DNA from: Octopus bimaculoides
Taxonomy: Eukaryota
Direction: 5' to 3'
Length of the DNA stretch: 47,124 nt
Assembly: GCF_001194135.2 (NCBI RefSeq)
Contig: NC_068994.1
Coordinates: 52,299,503 to 52,346,626 of the forward strand
In this document: one piece after another, positions 1 through 12,175 of the stretch
Layout of the letters: every line of letters begins with the position of its first letter
How positions within the stretch are numbered: position 1 is the stretch's first letter
Program-made: the position numbers and the translations under genes
The notes under the pieces: model-generated
Told to the model about the DNA's origin: nothing
Seen by the model: only the letters and a program-made list of their open reading frames with translations
The model's database searches: none

Positions 1-129
1 ATGCTAATAATAATACTAATACTACTAATTATAAAAGTAGCAATAGTAGTAACACTACCAATAATAGTACGATATAAAATTTTTCTTCCTTAAGAAATTA
101 TGTATAACGAATACAATTTTAATTTTTTG

Positions 130-145
130 AATAATAATAATAATG

Positions 146-210
<65 letters not shown>
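130..210 (+). repeat. (AAT)n microsatellite
   Basis: Near-perfect AAT run with one GAT variant. Confidence 0.97.
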
Positions 211-211
<1 letters not shown>

Positions 212-1022
212 TTTCAATGATTGTGCAATAAAATAAAATGGTAAAATACTCTTTGAAGACTAAATTGTGTAAAATAAAATATTCGAAGAAAGATATTTGA
301 AAATACTTCTGTCAAATATTTCTCTGTAATAGTCGGGCATCAGTAAATGTTTCGGATAAAATTGGTCAATTTAATTGCGCCAGAATAATCGCATAATTCC
401 ACTGAAAATATCGTCGAAGTACAAGATATACTGACTTTTAAAATGAGGAAATCAAAGAGCTGCAGGTTTTTTTTTTTTTTCGCTATTTAGTGTATATAAG
501 TATGGACATCTGTGCATGCCTTTGTATGTATATATGTTTTGATATATGCTTGTATGTATGTATACAAGTCTATATATTCATGTAGGTTTCTATATACCGG
601 TATATATATATATATATATAGATATGCATACACATATGTAGATGTATATATATGTAGGTATGTATGCGTGTGTGTGTGTATGTATGAGCATGTATATATA
701 TTTATAGCTATACATTAAATACGTACCTGTGTTTGTGTTGGCCACCTTTTAATGCGGGCTTTAAAATTTAAACTTCTATAAACATAAGAAATACGTATAT
801 GTATTATACATTAAGTGTGTTGCTCTTAATTATATCAACACCTAATATTTATGTAAATTAGTAGATACATATCTATCTATCTATCTGTTTGTCTGCTTGT
901 CTGTCTATCTGTCTATATACATACATAAATACATGTGAGGGTGTTTGCGTATATATATATATGTGTGTGCGCGCGTGTATACACATACATATATGTGTTA
1001 TATGTGTGAGTATATATCTATC

Positions 1023-1061
<39 letters not shown>

Positions 1062-1313
1062 ATATATATAACGTGCGGTTGTTTCTTCTTCTCTCCATCT
1101 TTCTTGTTCTTCAATCTCGTTTTTGAGTCTTCTTCATTTTGGACAACGTACACANNNNNNNNNNNNNNNNNNNNNNNNNNNNNNNNNNNNNNNNNNNNNN
1201 NNNNNNNNNNNNNNNNNNNNNNNNNNNNNNNNNNNNNNNNNNNNNNNNNNNNNNNNNNNNNNNNNNNNNNNNNNNNNNNNNNNNNNNNNNNNNNNNNNNN
1301 NNNNNNNNNNNNN

Positions 1314-1354
<41 letters not shown>

Positions 1355-1920
1355 CACACATACACTCATGCACACACACACATACACACGCATACACACA
1401 GCCACACGTATTTATTTGTCTATCTAAAGAATTTCGGAGATTATTTGTGTAAGTAACTGATTGGGTCTGAGACACCGTGTTTAAACTGAAGCAATCAAAT
1501 CTTGAAATAACGACATCGTTGATGTAAAATACACAAGAATGTGTTAAATTCAATTTCCGTTTATTACGTGAGTTGTTAAAATTTCGTCGCCGAATTGCAC
1601 TTTGATCGTTATTTATGGTATTTTTGCGTTTCCATTACTGTATTCCAAATATGAAATCGTCTGTTGAAACTAATATCTTTATATTTTGGAAGAGTTATGC
1701 AGCAAGTAAATATGTCCGCACTAGTTGTTGTCGAATTTTTAATTTAGTTAATTGATTTTTCCCCTGTTGAGCTACACAGCTCAAACATTTTTACTTTTCT
1801 TTATTCTCCCTTACTCTCTTTTGCTTTCTGTGTCCGTTAATTTTATTGGTAAGTGAATATGAATATTTGTGAAAATGTGAGCGTGCGTTTTCTAGTTTTT
1901 GGCCAACGTTTTGTGTCGGT

Positions 1921-1981
<61 letters not shown>

Positions 1982-2980
1982 ACGGGTTTGTACTTTACTT
2001 GTGAGTGATTATCTATAAGTGAGTGTGCATTGCTTTCATCGAATACATGCATACACATATATGTGTGTATGTGTGTGTACGTGCGTGTGTGTGTATATGT
2101 GTGCCTGTGTGTTTAAGTGTGTGTGCATGCATGTGCGTGCGCCTGTGTACGGGCACGTGTGTATATATATATAGACAGATAGATACCTTGAGTGATAGGT
2201 ATAGACATAGATAGATAGATATGGGAATGAGGTTTGTACGAGTGTATGTATTGTTGGTATTTACATGTAGTTATATAAATACATATAGACATATATGGGT
2301 ATAAATATATCTGATATAGATATAGGTACATATATGGATTGAAAAAAATAGACATGTAGCTTTATAAGTACATACCTACATACGTATATGTGCGTTGGAG
2401 TGAAAACGTGTGTGCGGGTGCGTGGTAAATAACTTTATTATTGTAAAATAACTTCAACAATAGCAGGAAAGCATTTACTTATTGAAGGATTGTATAATGG
2501 AAGTTAAATTGTATTTCTGGAAATCAAAATTTGAGCAGGTAACATGTGGTTTGTAATACGTTACATACTTACCAGGAAAGGTCTTTCATGATTTATTCAT
2601 AGAAATAAAAGAAAAAAACGTTGAAGATCATGAGACAGATGACGTATAGCTCGATGGTATGTGTAATAAGTTTTGGTGGGAATAATGGAAAAAAAGTCTC
2701 CAAAAAAAACACTATATAGAAAATATGTTGGAACAGAGAATGTTTATTGATTATTGGGAAATATTCAGTGAAGAAAGAAGGAATTGACTGATTTCCTTAT
2801 CGATTTTAATCTATTGAATGTTAATGTGCCATATGGAGTTTATTTGAAAACAATGTTTTATTATTCTTTCTGTATATATGCATGGTTGTATGGTTGTGCG
2901 TGTGTGTGTATGTGTGCGTGCGCGCGTGTGTGTTTGTGTGGATATCAGTTTATGAAATAATGATGTATACATATGGCGTT

Positions 2981-3130
2981 GCCGCGGTTGTGTGGTAAGC
3001 AGTTTGTTTCCCAACCACATAGATCCAGTTTCCGTCCCAGTGCGTGGTACGCTATGAACGTGACTTCTGATCAGGCCGAGCAAAGATCTCTGAGAGGTTT
3101 TGGTAGACGGAAACTGAAAGACGCCTGTCG
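2981..3130 (+). mobile_element. tRNA-head SINE, family D, diverged copy
   Basis: Aligns by eye to 3164-3320 (tgtggtaag...accacat...gtccca...tagacggaaactgaaaga) and ends in a TA-rich tail. Confidence 0.8.
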
Positions 3131-3163
3131 AATGCATATACATATATGTATATATAAATACAT

Positions 3164-3320
3164 GGAGTGGCTGTGAGGTAAACAGCTTGCTTACTAGCCA
3201 CATGGTTCCAGGTTCAGTCCCACTACGTAGCACCTTCGGCAAGTGTCTTCTACTATAGCCTCGGACCAACCAAAGCCTTGTGAGTGGATTTGATAGACGG
3301 AAACTGAAAGAAACCCTTTG
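3164..3320 (+). mobile_element. tRNA-head SINE, family D
   Basis: A-box-like TGGCTGTGAGG and B-box-like GGTTCAGTCCC, followed by a (TA)n tail. Related copies at 2981, 35170 and 37975. Confidence 0.85.
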
Positions 3321-3354
3321 TATATATATACGGTGTATGGATTTTGATTAATAC

Positions 3355-3398
3355 TTTATTAGCGCTCTCGTCGCATTCGTTGACACTCTTCAGATGCC
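3355..3398 (-). ncRNA. Degenerate minimal hammerhead-ribozyme-like motif (Penelope-type), likely inactive
   Basis: Minus strand reads ggcat-CTGAAGA-gtgtcaacgaatgcgac-GAGA-gcgct-a-ataaag. The CUGANGA box is intact, GAAA is changed to GAGA, and palindromic AGCGCT is followed by A. Stems I and II are weak. Confidence 0.35.
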
Positions 3399-3459
3399 TT
3401 TTACACAAATCTGAAAGACGATATTGCTTTGTTAGTTATCTATATGCGTGTGTACATAG

Positions 3460-3605
3460 CAAAAGAGAAAGAGAAAAGAGATGAAGAAGAGAAGAAAGAA
3501 AGAAGAAGAGAAAGAACGACAGGAAGACAAGAAGAAGAAGAGAAAGAAAAACAGGAAGATAGGGAGAAGGACACGAAAGAAAACAATAGAAAGCAAGAAA
3601 GATGG
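3460..3605 (+). repeat. Purine-rich degenerate (GAA/GA) low-complexity tract
   Basis: Almost entirely A/G. It explains the E/K/R-rich ORFs at 3429 and 3481. Confidence 0.9.
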
Positions 3606-3707
3606 ATTTAATAAAAAAATATCAAAATACTACCGCAAACATGCTAACGTTTCTCTCGCAAATATTAATTGGGCGTCGATCTCATGTGAACGTCTGCTAC
3701 TTTCTTA

Positions 3708-3885
3708 TTTCTTTATTGCCCACAAGGGCCTAAACATAGAGGGGACAAACAAGGACAGATAAAGGGAATAAGTCGATTGTATCGACCCCAGTGCTTAACT
3801 GGTACTTAATTTATCGACCCCGAAAGGATGAAAGTCGACCTCGGCGGAATTTGAACTCAAAACGTAACGGCAGACGAAATACCGC
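3708..3885 (-). mobile_element. SINE family A, 5'-truncated copy
   Basis: Shares ctggtacttaatttatcgaccccgaaaggatgaaa...gtcgacctcggcggaatttgaactc with 43069-43284, and its reverse complement matches 19891-20075. Confidence 0.9.
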
Positions 3886-4223
3886 ACGAAAACGGGCGTC
3901 TCTCAGTAACATTTGGTCTGCTCGAAGCAATAGTGGAAGACAATTGGCCAAGGTTCCACGTAGTGATNNNNNNNNNNNNNNNNNNNNNNNNNNNNNNNNN
4001 NNNNNNNNNNNNNNNNNNNNNNNNNNNNNNNNNNNNNNNNNNNNNNNNNNNNNNNNNNNNNNNNNNNNNNNNNNNNNNNNNNNNNNNNNNNNNNNNNNNN
4101 NNNNNNNNNNNNNNNNNNNNNNNNNNNNNNNNNNNNNNNNNNNNNNNNNNNNNNNNNNNNNNNNNNNNNNNNNNNNNNNNNNNNNNNNNNNNNNNNNNNN
4201 NNNNNNNNNNNNNNNNNNNNNNN

Positions 4224-4263
<40 letters not shown>

Positions 4264-4829
4264 GTATGTATGTATTTTTCTATACATTATGTGTGTATAA
4301 ACATATGTAAACGAAAATTATAAATATGTTAATATGATTTTGTTTGCTAACGTCAACTTCGGAATGATAAAAAACCGTAAGAAACGTCTGGAAAAATTAA
4401 TGCAAATTTTAAAGCAAAAAATAAATTAAGCTAACTTTTATGATAATTAAATTAAATAAACAAATGTATGACAGTAAATTTCGAATGATAGCAAACAATG
4501 AGGCAATAGATTAACCACTACAACACTCATACGGCTCTCAAAACTAATTGAATAATACAAATGTGTTTGAAATCTTTATAAACGCAATTATGGTAACCTG
4601 TAAACTTAGATATTACCTCAGTTAATATATAAATAAATAATAAATATAAAAGAATAAGTAACAGGTTCTTATCGTGCGTGTGTGTTAATTCGATCGGGCT
4701 CAATGTAATTTTATTCAATGTTTAAAAACAAATGATATAAACGTGTTCCGTTTGTTGAAAACTAAAACTGAATTAGAATCTCTTGCAATGGACATATTAA
4801 TTAATTTCTTTTTCTCTTTCTATCACAGA

Positions 4830-5390
4830 AGCACAGTACCGACTAGACCATCAGATGCTGCTTTACACTGCTGGTCACAATGTCCTTCCAAATTTGTCTT
4901 GACTGATTTCACCATTCTTTTCCAAGTGACCCTTCCCGACCTCTTGAACACCTTTCGGCAACTGTACGGACCCACCTGTTGTATGTGAACTTTGTGACAT
5001 ATCCGGTCCAGTGGAACTTGTGCTTTCGGTATTCTCCGATCACATCGTTCACTGCACTCTGTTTTCGGATTATCTCGTTTCGAATACGCTCTCGTAATGA
5101 TATTCCAGTCATCGATCTTGCTATGGCCATCTGTCCCATTCCATCGTAGACTATGTAGTAGCCCACGTCTCACTTGCACATAAGAACGCAGGTAGGATGG
5201 TACTATGGAAGAATCTGACACATACAGTATTATCTCGTTGTGTTTTGGACACATCATTTATAGAGTATATATAGACCTTCCATCCTGCACTTATTCTCTT
5301 TAAGGTGTCAGCATCCATATCACGGCGCATATTCACTGTGTTCCATACGTAGACGTACCCCTTTATCTCCTCAATTTCTACAGCCATGTA
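4830..5390 (-). mobile_element. Decayed RTE-like LINE ORF2, region C-terminal to the RT core
   Basis: Frameshifted minus-strand peptides IEEIKGYVYV..KRISAGW, STILPAFLCASETW, RSMTGISLRERIRNEIIRKQSAVNDVIGEYRKHKFHWTGYV and NRWVRTVAE follow the order of RTE-clade ORF2 motifs. Confidence 0.85.
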
Positions 5391-6316
5391 AAAATGATTA
5401 AATTCTCGCTGTGAAATACTAAACTATTCTCACCAATTGTACTTCTAAGAAAATATATTCTGATGTAAGGATATTGCATTGTCTCCAATATCATGATGAG
5501 ATGACAGAATCAGATTCCATTTAATATCGCATGATATTAAATGATTAAATTGATTCCAGCTATATTAACAATTTTTCTAAACCATTTCTTATCGAAACGA
5601 TCGTAACCGGATACTAAATGTGATACCAATATATAAATTACAAGTACATGTATGTATGTAAGCAGGCATATAATTATCTTCACTCTGTATCTCGCGAAAT
5701 TAATAGCAATTTTCGTAAAGGCACGCGCTACCATCTTTTTTCCTGAAGGAGTTACCTCTTTGTACTACCAGCCTGAACAGACGCCAAAACTTGCCCTCAA
5801 AGACTCCTAATAAGCTTTGCCCTGCGAAATGAACAAAAAAGCAATTCATTCGTTTAGCATTAATTCCGTTTACAATTCAACGGCAGGTATGTGTTTTACA
5901 GAGCACAATTTGGAATAATATAAAATTTCCAGTTTTCCATAATTACGCTATCGGGAATGAACATCAAATAGACTGTGTACAACTCTACAGATTCGTGCTT
6001 GAAATTCATACACCAAAAGACACACAGTCATAGAATCACCTCCACCACACACACACACACNNNNNNNNNNNNNNNNNNNNNNNNNNNNNNNNNNNNNNNN
6101 NNNNNNNNNNNNNNNNNNNNNNNNNNNNNNNNNNNNNNNNNNNNNNNNNNNNNNNNNNNNNNNNNNNNNNNNNNNNNNNNNNNNNNNNNNNNNNNNNNNN
6201 NNNNNNNNNNNNNNNNNNNNNNNNNNNNNNNNNNNNNNNNNNNNNNNNNNNNNNNNNNNNNNNNNNNNNNNNNNNNNNNNNNNNNNNNNNNNNNNNNNNN
6301 NNNNNNNNNNNNNNNN

Positions 6317-6373
<57 letters not shown>

Positions 6374-6547
6374 TTCCTATCAGTTATGTCAGGCAATTGA
6401 TATAAATAATATGAATTTTTACTCCAAAATATTTTGTGCATGTGTATATATTTGTGTATGTCTATAGACGCGGATCTATTTTGTAAATCTGTATGCGTGA
6501 CTGCGCATACTTGAGTATCTAAGACTTTGTAGATATGTGATCTTGTA

Positions 6548-6715
6548 TTTTGAAAGGGCCAGCCTTATCACAATCTGTGTCACGCTGAATTTCCCTGAGA
6601 ACTACGTTATGGGTACACGTGTCTGTGGAGTGCTCAGCCACTTGCACGTTAATTTCACGAGCAAGCTGTTCCGTTGATCGTATCAGGCCGGGGCCTTCGT
6701 CGGTGTAACCGACAT
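6548..6715 (+). mobile_element. SINE family B, 3' fragment
   Basis: Matches 45795-45945 (gaaagggccagcctt...gagaactacgtta...cacgtgtctgtggagtgctc...aatttcacgagca...gttgatcgtatca). Confidence 0.9.
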
Positions 6716-6999
6716 AATGCTCCTATATGATTTTATTTGTATGTACGCGTGTGAGCTTCTATTTGTGAGCATCAGAAGATGTGTTTTTGCCAAATAATTT
6801 ATCAAAGAAACCCAGAATCAGGAATATTTTACTTAACGTACACGCCTTGCTTTTACCAAACAACCAGTAACCATAACAATAGAACAAAACGTGAAAGATA
6901 GACTAATGTATCGTAAAGTTAAGATTGACAGGTAGATAAATATATAAATAGGCAGACAGAGAGATAAATAGACAGATAGGTAGATACAGAAAGATAGAT

Positions 7000-7125
7000 A
7001 GAGAGATAGGGAGGGAGAAAGATGGCGAGAGAGAGCGAGAGAGAGCGAGAGCGAGAGAGAGCGAGAGCGAGAGAGAGCGAGAGCGAGAGAGAGCGAGAGC
7101 GAGAGAGAGCGAGAGAGAGAGGAAG
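7000..7125 (+). repeat. Compound (GA)n/(GAGAGAGC)(GAGC) repeat
   Basis: Alternating GAGAGAGC and GAGC units. Confidence 0.92.
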
Positions 7126-7521
7126 ACATGAATTAATGTATATGATAGGATTTCTGCATTCTCTGAATCTAAGTTCATGACCCATGATAGTCGTATTTTT
7201 AACCTGCATGACATAACTTTCATTGCAGTTTCGATTCATGAATGCAGCTTAACAAATTAGGCATCAACGCAACCATTTTGAAACATCATTTACTTATAAT
7301 TCATGGGGTTTCCACGTATATCAAAATCTGCGTGATATCGTTGATAAAGGCCCAATTAGATGATATTCCAGCGTCAAAGTGAACCTGATTGCGAAACTAT
7401 CTCAATCAATTTCCTGCGTATTTGCAAATGTCTGATACTACAAAATGTTGATAGCTATCTGCATTACAGTTACATATTCAAAAGAAGAAAGAAGATAGAT
7501 AACAATAATCAATACGATATA

Positions 7522-7555
7522 CATACATACATACATACATTCATACATACATACA

Positions 7556-7589
<34 letters not shown>

Positions 7590-7718
7590 CGTATATATAA
7601 ACACACACACACACACATATACATATATACGCACACACATATACATATATATATACATATATATACATATATGTACACATGTATATATACATATATATAG
7701 ATACACATATATGCATAC

Positions 7719-7753
<35 letters not shown>

Positions 7754-7780
7754 TATATATATATATATATATATATACAT
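7522..7780 (+). repeat. (TACA)n/(CA)n/(TA)n compound microsatellite adjoining a gap
   Basis: Direct reading. Confidence 0.95.
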
Positions 7781-8359
7781 NNNNNNNNNNNNNNNNNNNN
7801 NNNNNNNNNNNNNNNNNNNNNNNNNNNNNNNNNNNNNNNNNNNNNNNNNNNNNNNNNNNNNNNNNNNNNNNNNNNNNNNNNNNNNNNNNNNNNNNNNNNN
7901 NNNNNNNNNNNNNNNNNNNNNNNNNNNNNNNNNNNNNNNNNNNNNNNNNNNNNNNNNNNNNNNNNNNNNNNNNNNNNNNNNNNNNNNNNNNNNNNNNNNN
8001 NNNNNNNNNNNNNNNNNNNNNNNNNNNNNNNNNNNNNNNNNNNNNNNNNNNNNNNNNNNNNNNNNNNNNNNNNNNNNNNNNNNNNNNNNNNNNNNNNNNN
8101 NNNNNNNNNNNNNNNNNNNNNNNNNNNNNNNNNNNNNNNNNNNNNNNNNNNNNNNNNNNNNNNNNNNNNNNNNNNNNNNNNNNNNNNNNNNNNNNNNNNN
8201 NNNNNNNNNNNNNNNNNNNNNNNNNNNNNNNNNNNNNNNNNNNNNNNNNNNNNNNNNNNNNNNNNNNNNNNNNNNNNNNNNNNNNNNNNNNNNNNNNNNN
8301 NNNNNNNNNNNNNNNNNNNNNNNNNNNNNNNNTATATATATATATATATATATGCGGAT

Positions 8360-8850
8360 CTCATGATCAATATATAGCAGAACATTACAATACTGCAGTT
8401 CATTGCCATGAAGACTTGGGTCACACAAAGCACCAGACTCGCAAGGCACTCTATTAATGTGGGTAACAGAAATGAGAGTCTGAAGATCTTAGATCTGCTT
8501 TTTATTAGGGTGACAAAATTTGCACTATCAGGTTTCGGGTGATGCTGATCACAACTATGTCGGATGGTGAGAAGATGGAAGATGATAAGCAAACGAAGAT
8601 GGTGTAGATTGAACAGTTTGCCAGGTAGAGCTTTCACGAGGTGGGAGATACACGTGATATAATGTGAAGTGTAAATCTAGTTTTATAAAAAGTAAATCAC
8701 TGATGTTAGGATGAAGTTCAAATATCAAAAGAGATAATGCTTTTTTGAAAATGCGGGAAGGGTGAGATAGAGAGATATCTGAAATTGTCATGTATTTTTG
8801 CTTTTAGTAGCTGGGTACAACATAGTAGTAAATTACTCTTATATTCAACA
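8360..8850 (-). mobile_element. Possible decayed LINE AP-endonuclease region (CR1/L2-like)
   Basis: Minus peptide DLLFIKLDLHFTLYHVYLPP resembles the strand-strand-Y-x-PP segment of LINE endonucleases. The catalytic GDFN and SDH motifs are not recognisable. Confidence 0.4.
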
Positions 8851-8989
8851 TTTAATATTTTGAAATAGACAAAACAATTACATGTCTGACAGTTCATATT
8901 GTATGTGTTTCTCCATATAATTATTCTCGATTAAATAGGACAAGTGTATTCCTTATATTAATCTTATGCGTCATAATCCCTAGCGTTTT

Positions 8990-9420
8990 CTACGGGCAAT
9001 CGCCCCTCGCCAACTTCAATAAGATTCAGGTCATATTTAGAACTAGAAATTGTTTCAGCGTCCAACAATTAGAAATTTACAAAGCTTCACCGCTATTTTG
9101 GTACACACTTCTCCCATGTCTGCCACGAATATGGAATCATATCCAAAAGAGCTATCCGTCTCATTTGCCTGAAGGCACCGACTTTCTTCTAGGTGCCTTT
9201 TCTTCCAACACAAAGTTGCGTAAGGCCCTCTGATTTAGCTGGCTTCGTGTCCCCAAAATTACGACACTAAAATATCACTCGTCTCGCAACACTTCTTCAT
9301 ATACATTTTGCTCTCTCGCCAGATTCCACAGTAACAAATTTTCTTGCATATCAGACTTAAACGATCGTTTTCCCGGAAACCAACTGTTATCCTTGAATTT
9401 CTTACAATCTCAATCTAGCA
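8990..9420 (+). mobile_element. Decayed CR1/L2-like LINE 3' coding end
   Basis: Fragments IYKA, ISKRAIRLI, HKVA and TRLA occur in the order typical of the post-RT tail (IYKA..IQKRAIRLI..RRKVA..), with many frameshifts. Confidence 0.5.
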
Positions 9421-10292
9421 GCTGTTTATGAGTAACATTAAGAACATCGATCAAAGCAGATACCAAAGTTCTGTGAAACCAGACGGTGTAAACTGTACCC
9501 CCAAATCAAAGCATTTAGAAAAGCAGTACGGGTTCGACCTGCTGTCAACAGATTTGTTTCTCATCTTATTTCCATCCTGATTTTAGTGAACCGAAATGAA
9601 AAAAAAATTTTCACAAGTTCCTGTACATTTCAGCATATACACTTTGAAGGCTTCCATAATTCATATTCCAAACATTGTGAAAGCAACATGTAGGACGCAC
9701 CAGGCATACATCACACGTTCTCAAACACATTTCTATTTCCAAGAAAACAAGAGCATTCACTCAAACAAAAAGGAAATTACGTAGTTATAGAATTCATGTT
9801 AAAAGGAGTCATTGGATTGAGAAAGAAAGCACTTGGGCGGTATGGTTATTCTTCCCTTATATTTATTGAATTGAGACCAAATTAAAGGGAGTAACTGAAA
9901 CCACTTTGACATTCTTGACATTTTTCTTTGGATATTAATTTATCATCCTACACATGCATCTATATATGTGGTTATATATATGTGTGTGTGTGTGTATGTG
10001 TCGGTGTATATATATATATATATATATATATTCATATGCATGCATATATACATATATATATATATACACACACACACACGCACACACACACACACATATA
10101 TATATATATACACAAATATACTCACAATCTATCTATCCATCTCTATTTTTCTCTTCTCTCCTTATGTGTGTGTTCCCTTATGTGCAAGCATATAAACATG
10201 CGTGTTTGGGAGGATGTGCCTTCCTAAACACATGTGTAGACACTTGTGTATGAAAATATAAGTATGTATGTATCTATCTATCATTCACTGTC

Positions 10293-10332
<40 letters not shown>

Positions 10333-11119
10333 CGATACACACACACGCATGCCCACACACAGGCCTTAATTTATAAAGCTACATTAATATTATTGCCAAT
10401 TCTTTTACACCTATAGGCTTATTCTTTTTTACATCTTTAGGCATATATGAATAACTATTACCTTTCTTTATTCGTTTCCTGTGAAACATAGATAAGAGGA
10501 GCTTTTTTGTTACAATTTCGAATTCTTAAGGTGAAGGGTTGGGTGAGTTGATTAATTATGGTAAGCGAAAGAAGAAAACGCCGGGAAAAATCGATAAAAA
10601 CCATAAAATATGAAGACGAAATTTCAGATAAATACCTTTCGAGGTTGTCTTCTGAAAGTGACAGGAATAATGGTAAATCATTATAACGTCCAATTTCGAA
10701 ATGTCGTGGTAACCGAAAATATCAAAAATATAAGGTCTCTTTTATGTGTATATTTCCAATAATTTGACTAACTCACAAGGAATTGTGTGAAATATTTCGA
10801 GTATTGGTTTGATGTTTCATACCGAGCATGATCAAGCAGATGTATAATTAAAGTTAATCCAGTGGAGACCTGCCAGTATAATTTTATGCCTTAGTCTATA
10901 ATAGAGTCAAATATATAATTTTGATTTTGAGACTGTAGGGAATTGTAATTTGAGGGAAATTGGAAATCATTACTAGCAAGACCTGGGGAATTGATACAAT
11001 TTCATTTCCTATAAAGCCCAAAGTCTGATATATACCTATATAAAGAGTTATTAATAAGAGATTGTCAATCCGCGCAAAATATTTCACAAGCTCTCTGTTA
11101 ATACAAATACACCAGACTA

Positions 11120-11690
11120 ACAAAATCTTCTCAGGTTGGTATAGTGGTCCAGGTAATCCTAAGATAAAATCAGACGATGTTCTAAATCCATTAAATCCAG
11201 GCTTACATCCTCCAGTTATAATGATCTTGTACACGGAGAGATATACACGAAAAGGCAGGAATAATGGTCCTTGCAGATTTCTTTACATGTGCATCTTTTT
11301 ACACAGTATTTATCTATCTATTACGTGTATATATATTTGCCATGTTACATGGCCGTTCCTGTGAGTAAACGGACAACCACTGATGCAAGCTTGGTAGAAA
11401 GTATGCGCCTTATTAGAGGATATCTGACGCTGATTCTGCCTTAAGAATTAGTCATGGGTACAAAGCGTCTATCTTCGGCTTGAAGATTAATTTTATGATA
11501 GACATGATCATGCAATAATCAACTAGTGATAATGTAACACAAGGGGACATCTTCGTCTTTGAAGAGTCTGTCTAGGCATTGCGTAGATGATCAAAGGGAT
11601 GTTGGGGGTCAATAACATTTACATTGTAATACAATTGATAAATGGTTCGCTTGAAATGAGAACCATCCGTTTACATTATAAAAGTAATGT
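11120..11690 (+). mobile_element. Possible highly decayed Penelope-like RT fragment
   Basis: Ordered remnants across frames, SGPGNP, LYT, VMGTK (about 11452-11466), HCVDD (about 11577-11592) and TFTL, parallel PLE RT motifs (SLYT, AMGTK, RYVDD, KFT). Many stops. Confidence 0.35.
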
Positions 11691-11740
11691 TGAGTGACTG
11701 TGCAAATGTGAATCCCATTATTTGAGTTAGATTTCTAGCC

Positions 11741-11870
11741 GGCAAGCTGGGCAGAATCAGTGGCACTCCGGGCAAAATCTTTGGCGGCCTTTCGTTCCTT
11801 TTTATGTTTTGAGTTCAAATTCCGCCGAGGTCGCTGTAATCGGCATACCCCCCCTCATCCACCGAAATTG
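11741..11870 (+). mobile_element. SINE family A, diverged or internally deleted copy
   Basis: ggcagaatc...gggcaaaat...gagttcaaattccgccgaggtcg, shared with 19891-19980. Confidence 0.8.
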
Positions 11871-12008
11871 CTCACCTTCTGATAAAATCTGAAACCGTTA
11901 TTAGAGTCCCATTTCAATAAAATTAAAATCTTATCAAAAAATTTGCAATGACGATATTCAGTGCCTGTGTAATTTCGTCATTGATACAACTCAAACGCGT
12001 ACATGCAT

Positions 12009-12175
12009 ACACACATACGTGGGCGCATGTACAATTATAAACTCCCACACACACACATACGAGCGCGCGCACACACGCGTACACACACATATGGGCGCAC
12101 GTATAAATATAGACCCCCCACACACACACGAGTCCGCGCACACACGCATACTAGCACACATGCAAATTTATAGAT
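12009..12175 (+). repeat. ~70-bp minisatellite, about 2.3 diverged copies
   Basis: acacacatacgtgggcgcatgtacaattataaactcccacacacacac.. recurs as acacacacatatgggcgcacgtataaatatagaccccccacacacacac.. Confidence 0.75.

Noticed and set aside
2570-2770. Acidic/Trp-containing coding-like stretch with splice-like sites
   Set aside because: All three frames are closed by stops between the candidate splice sites, and no family is recognisable.
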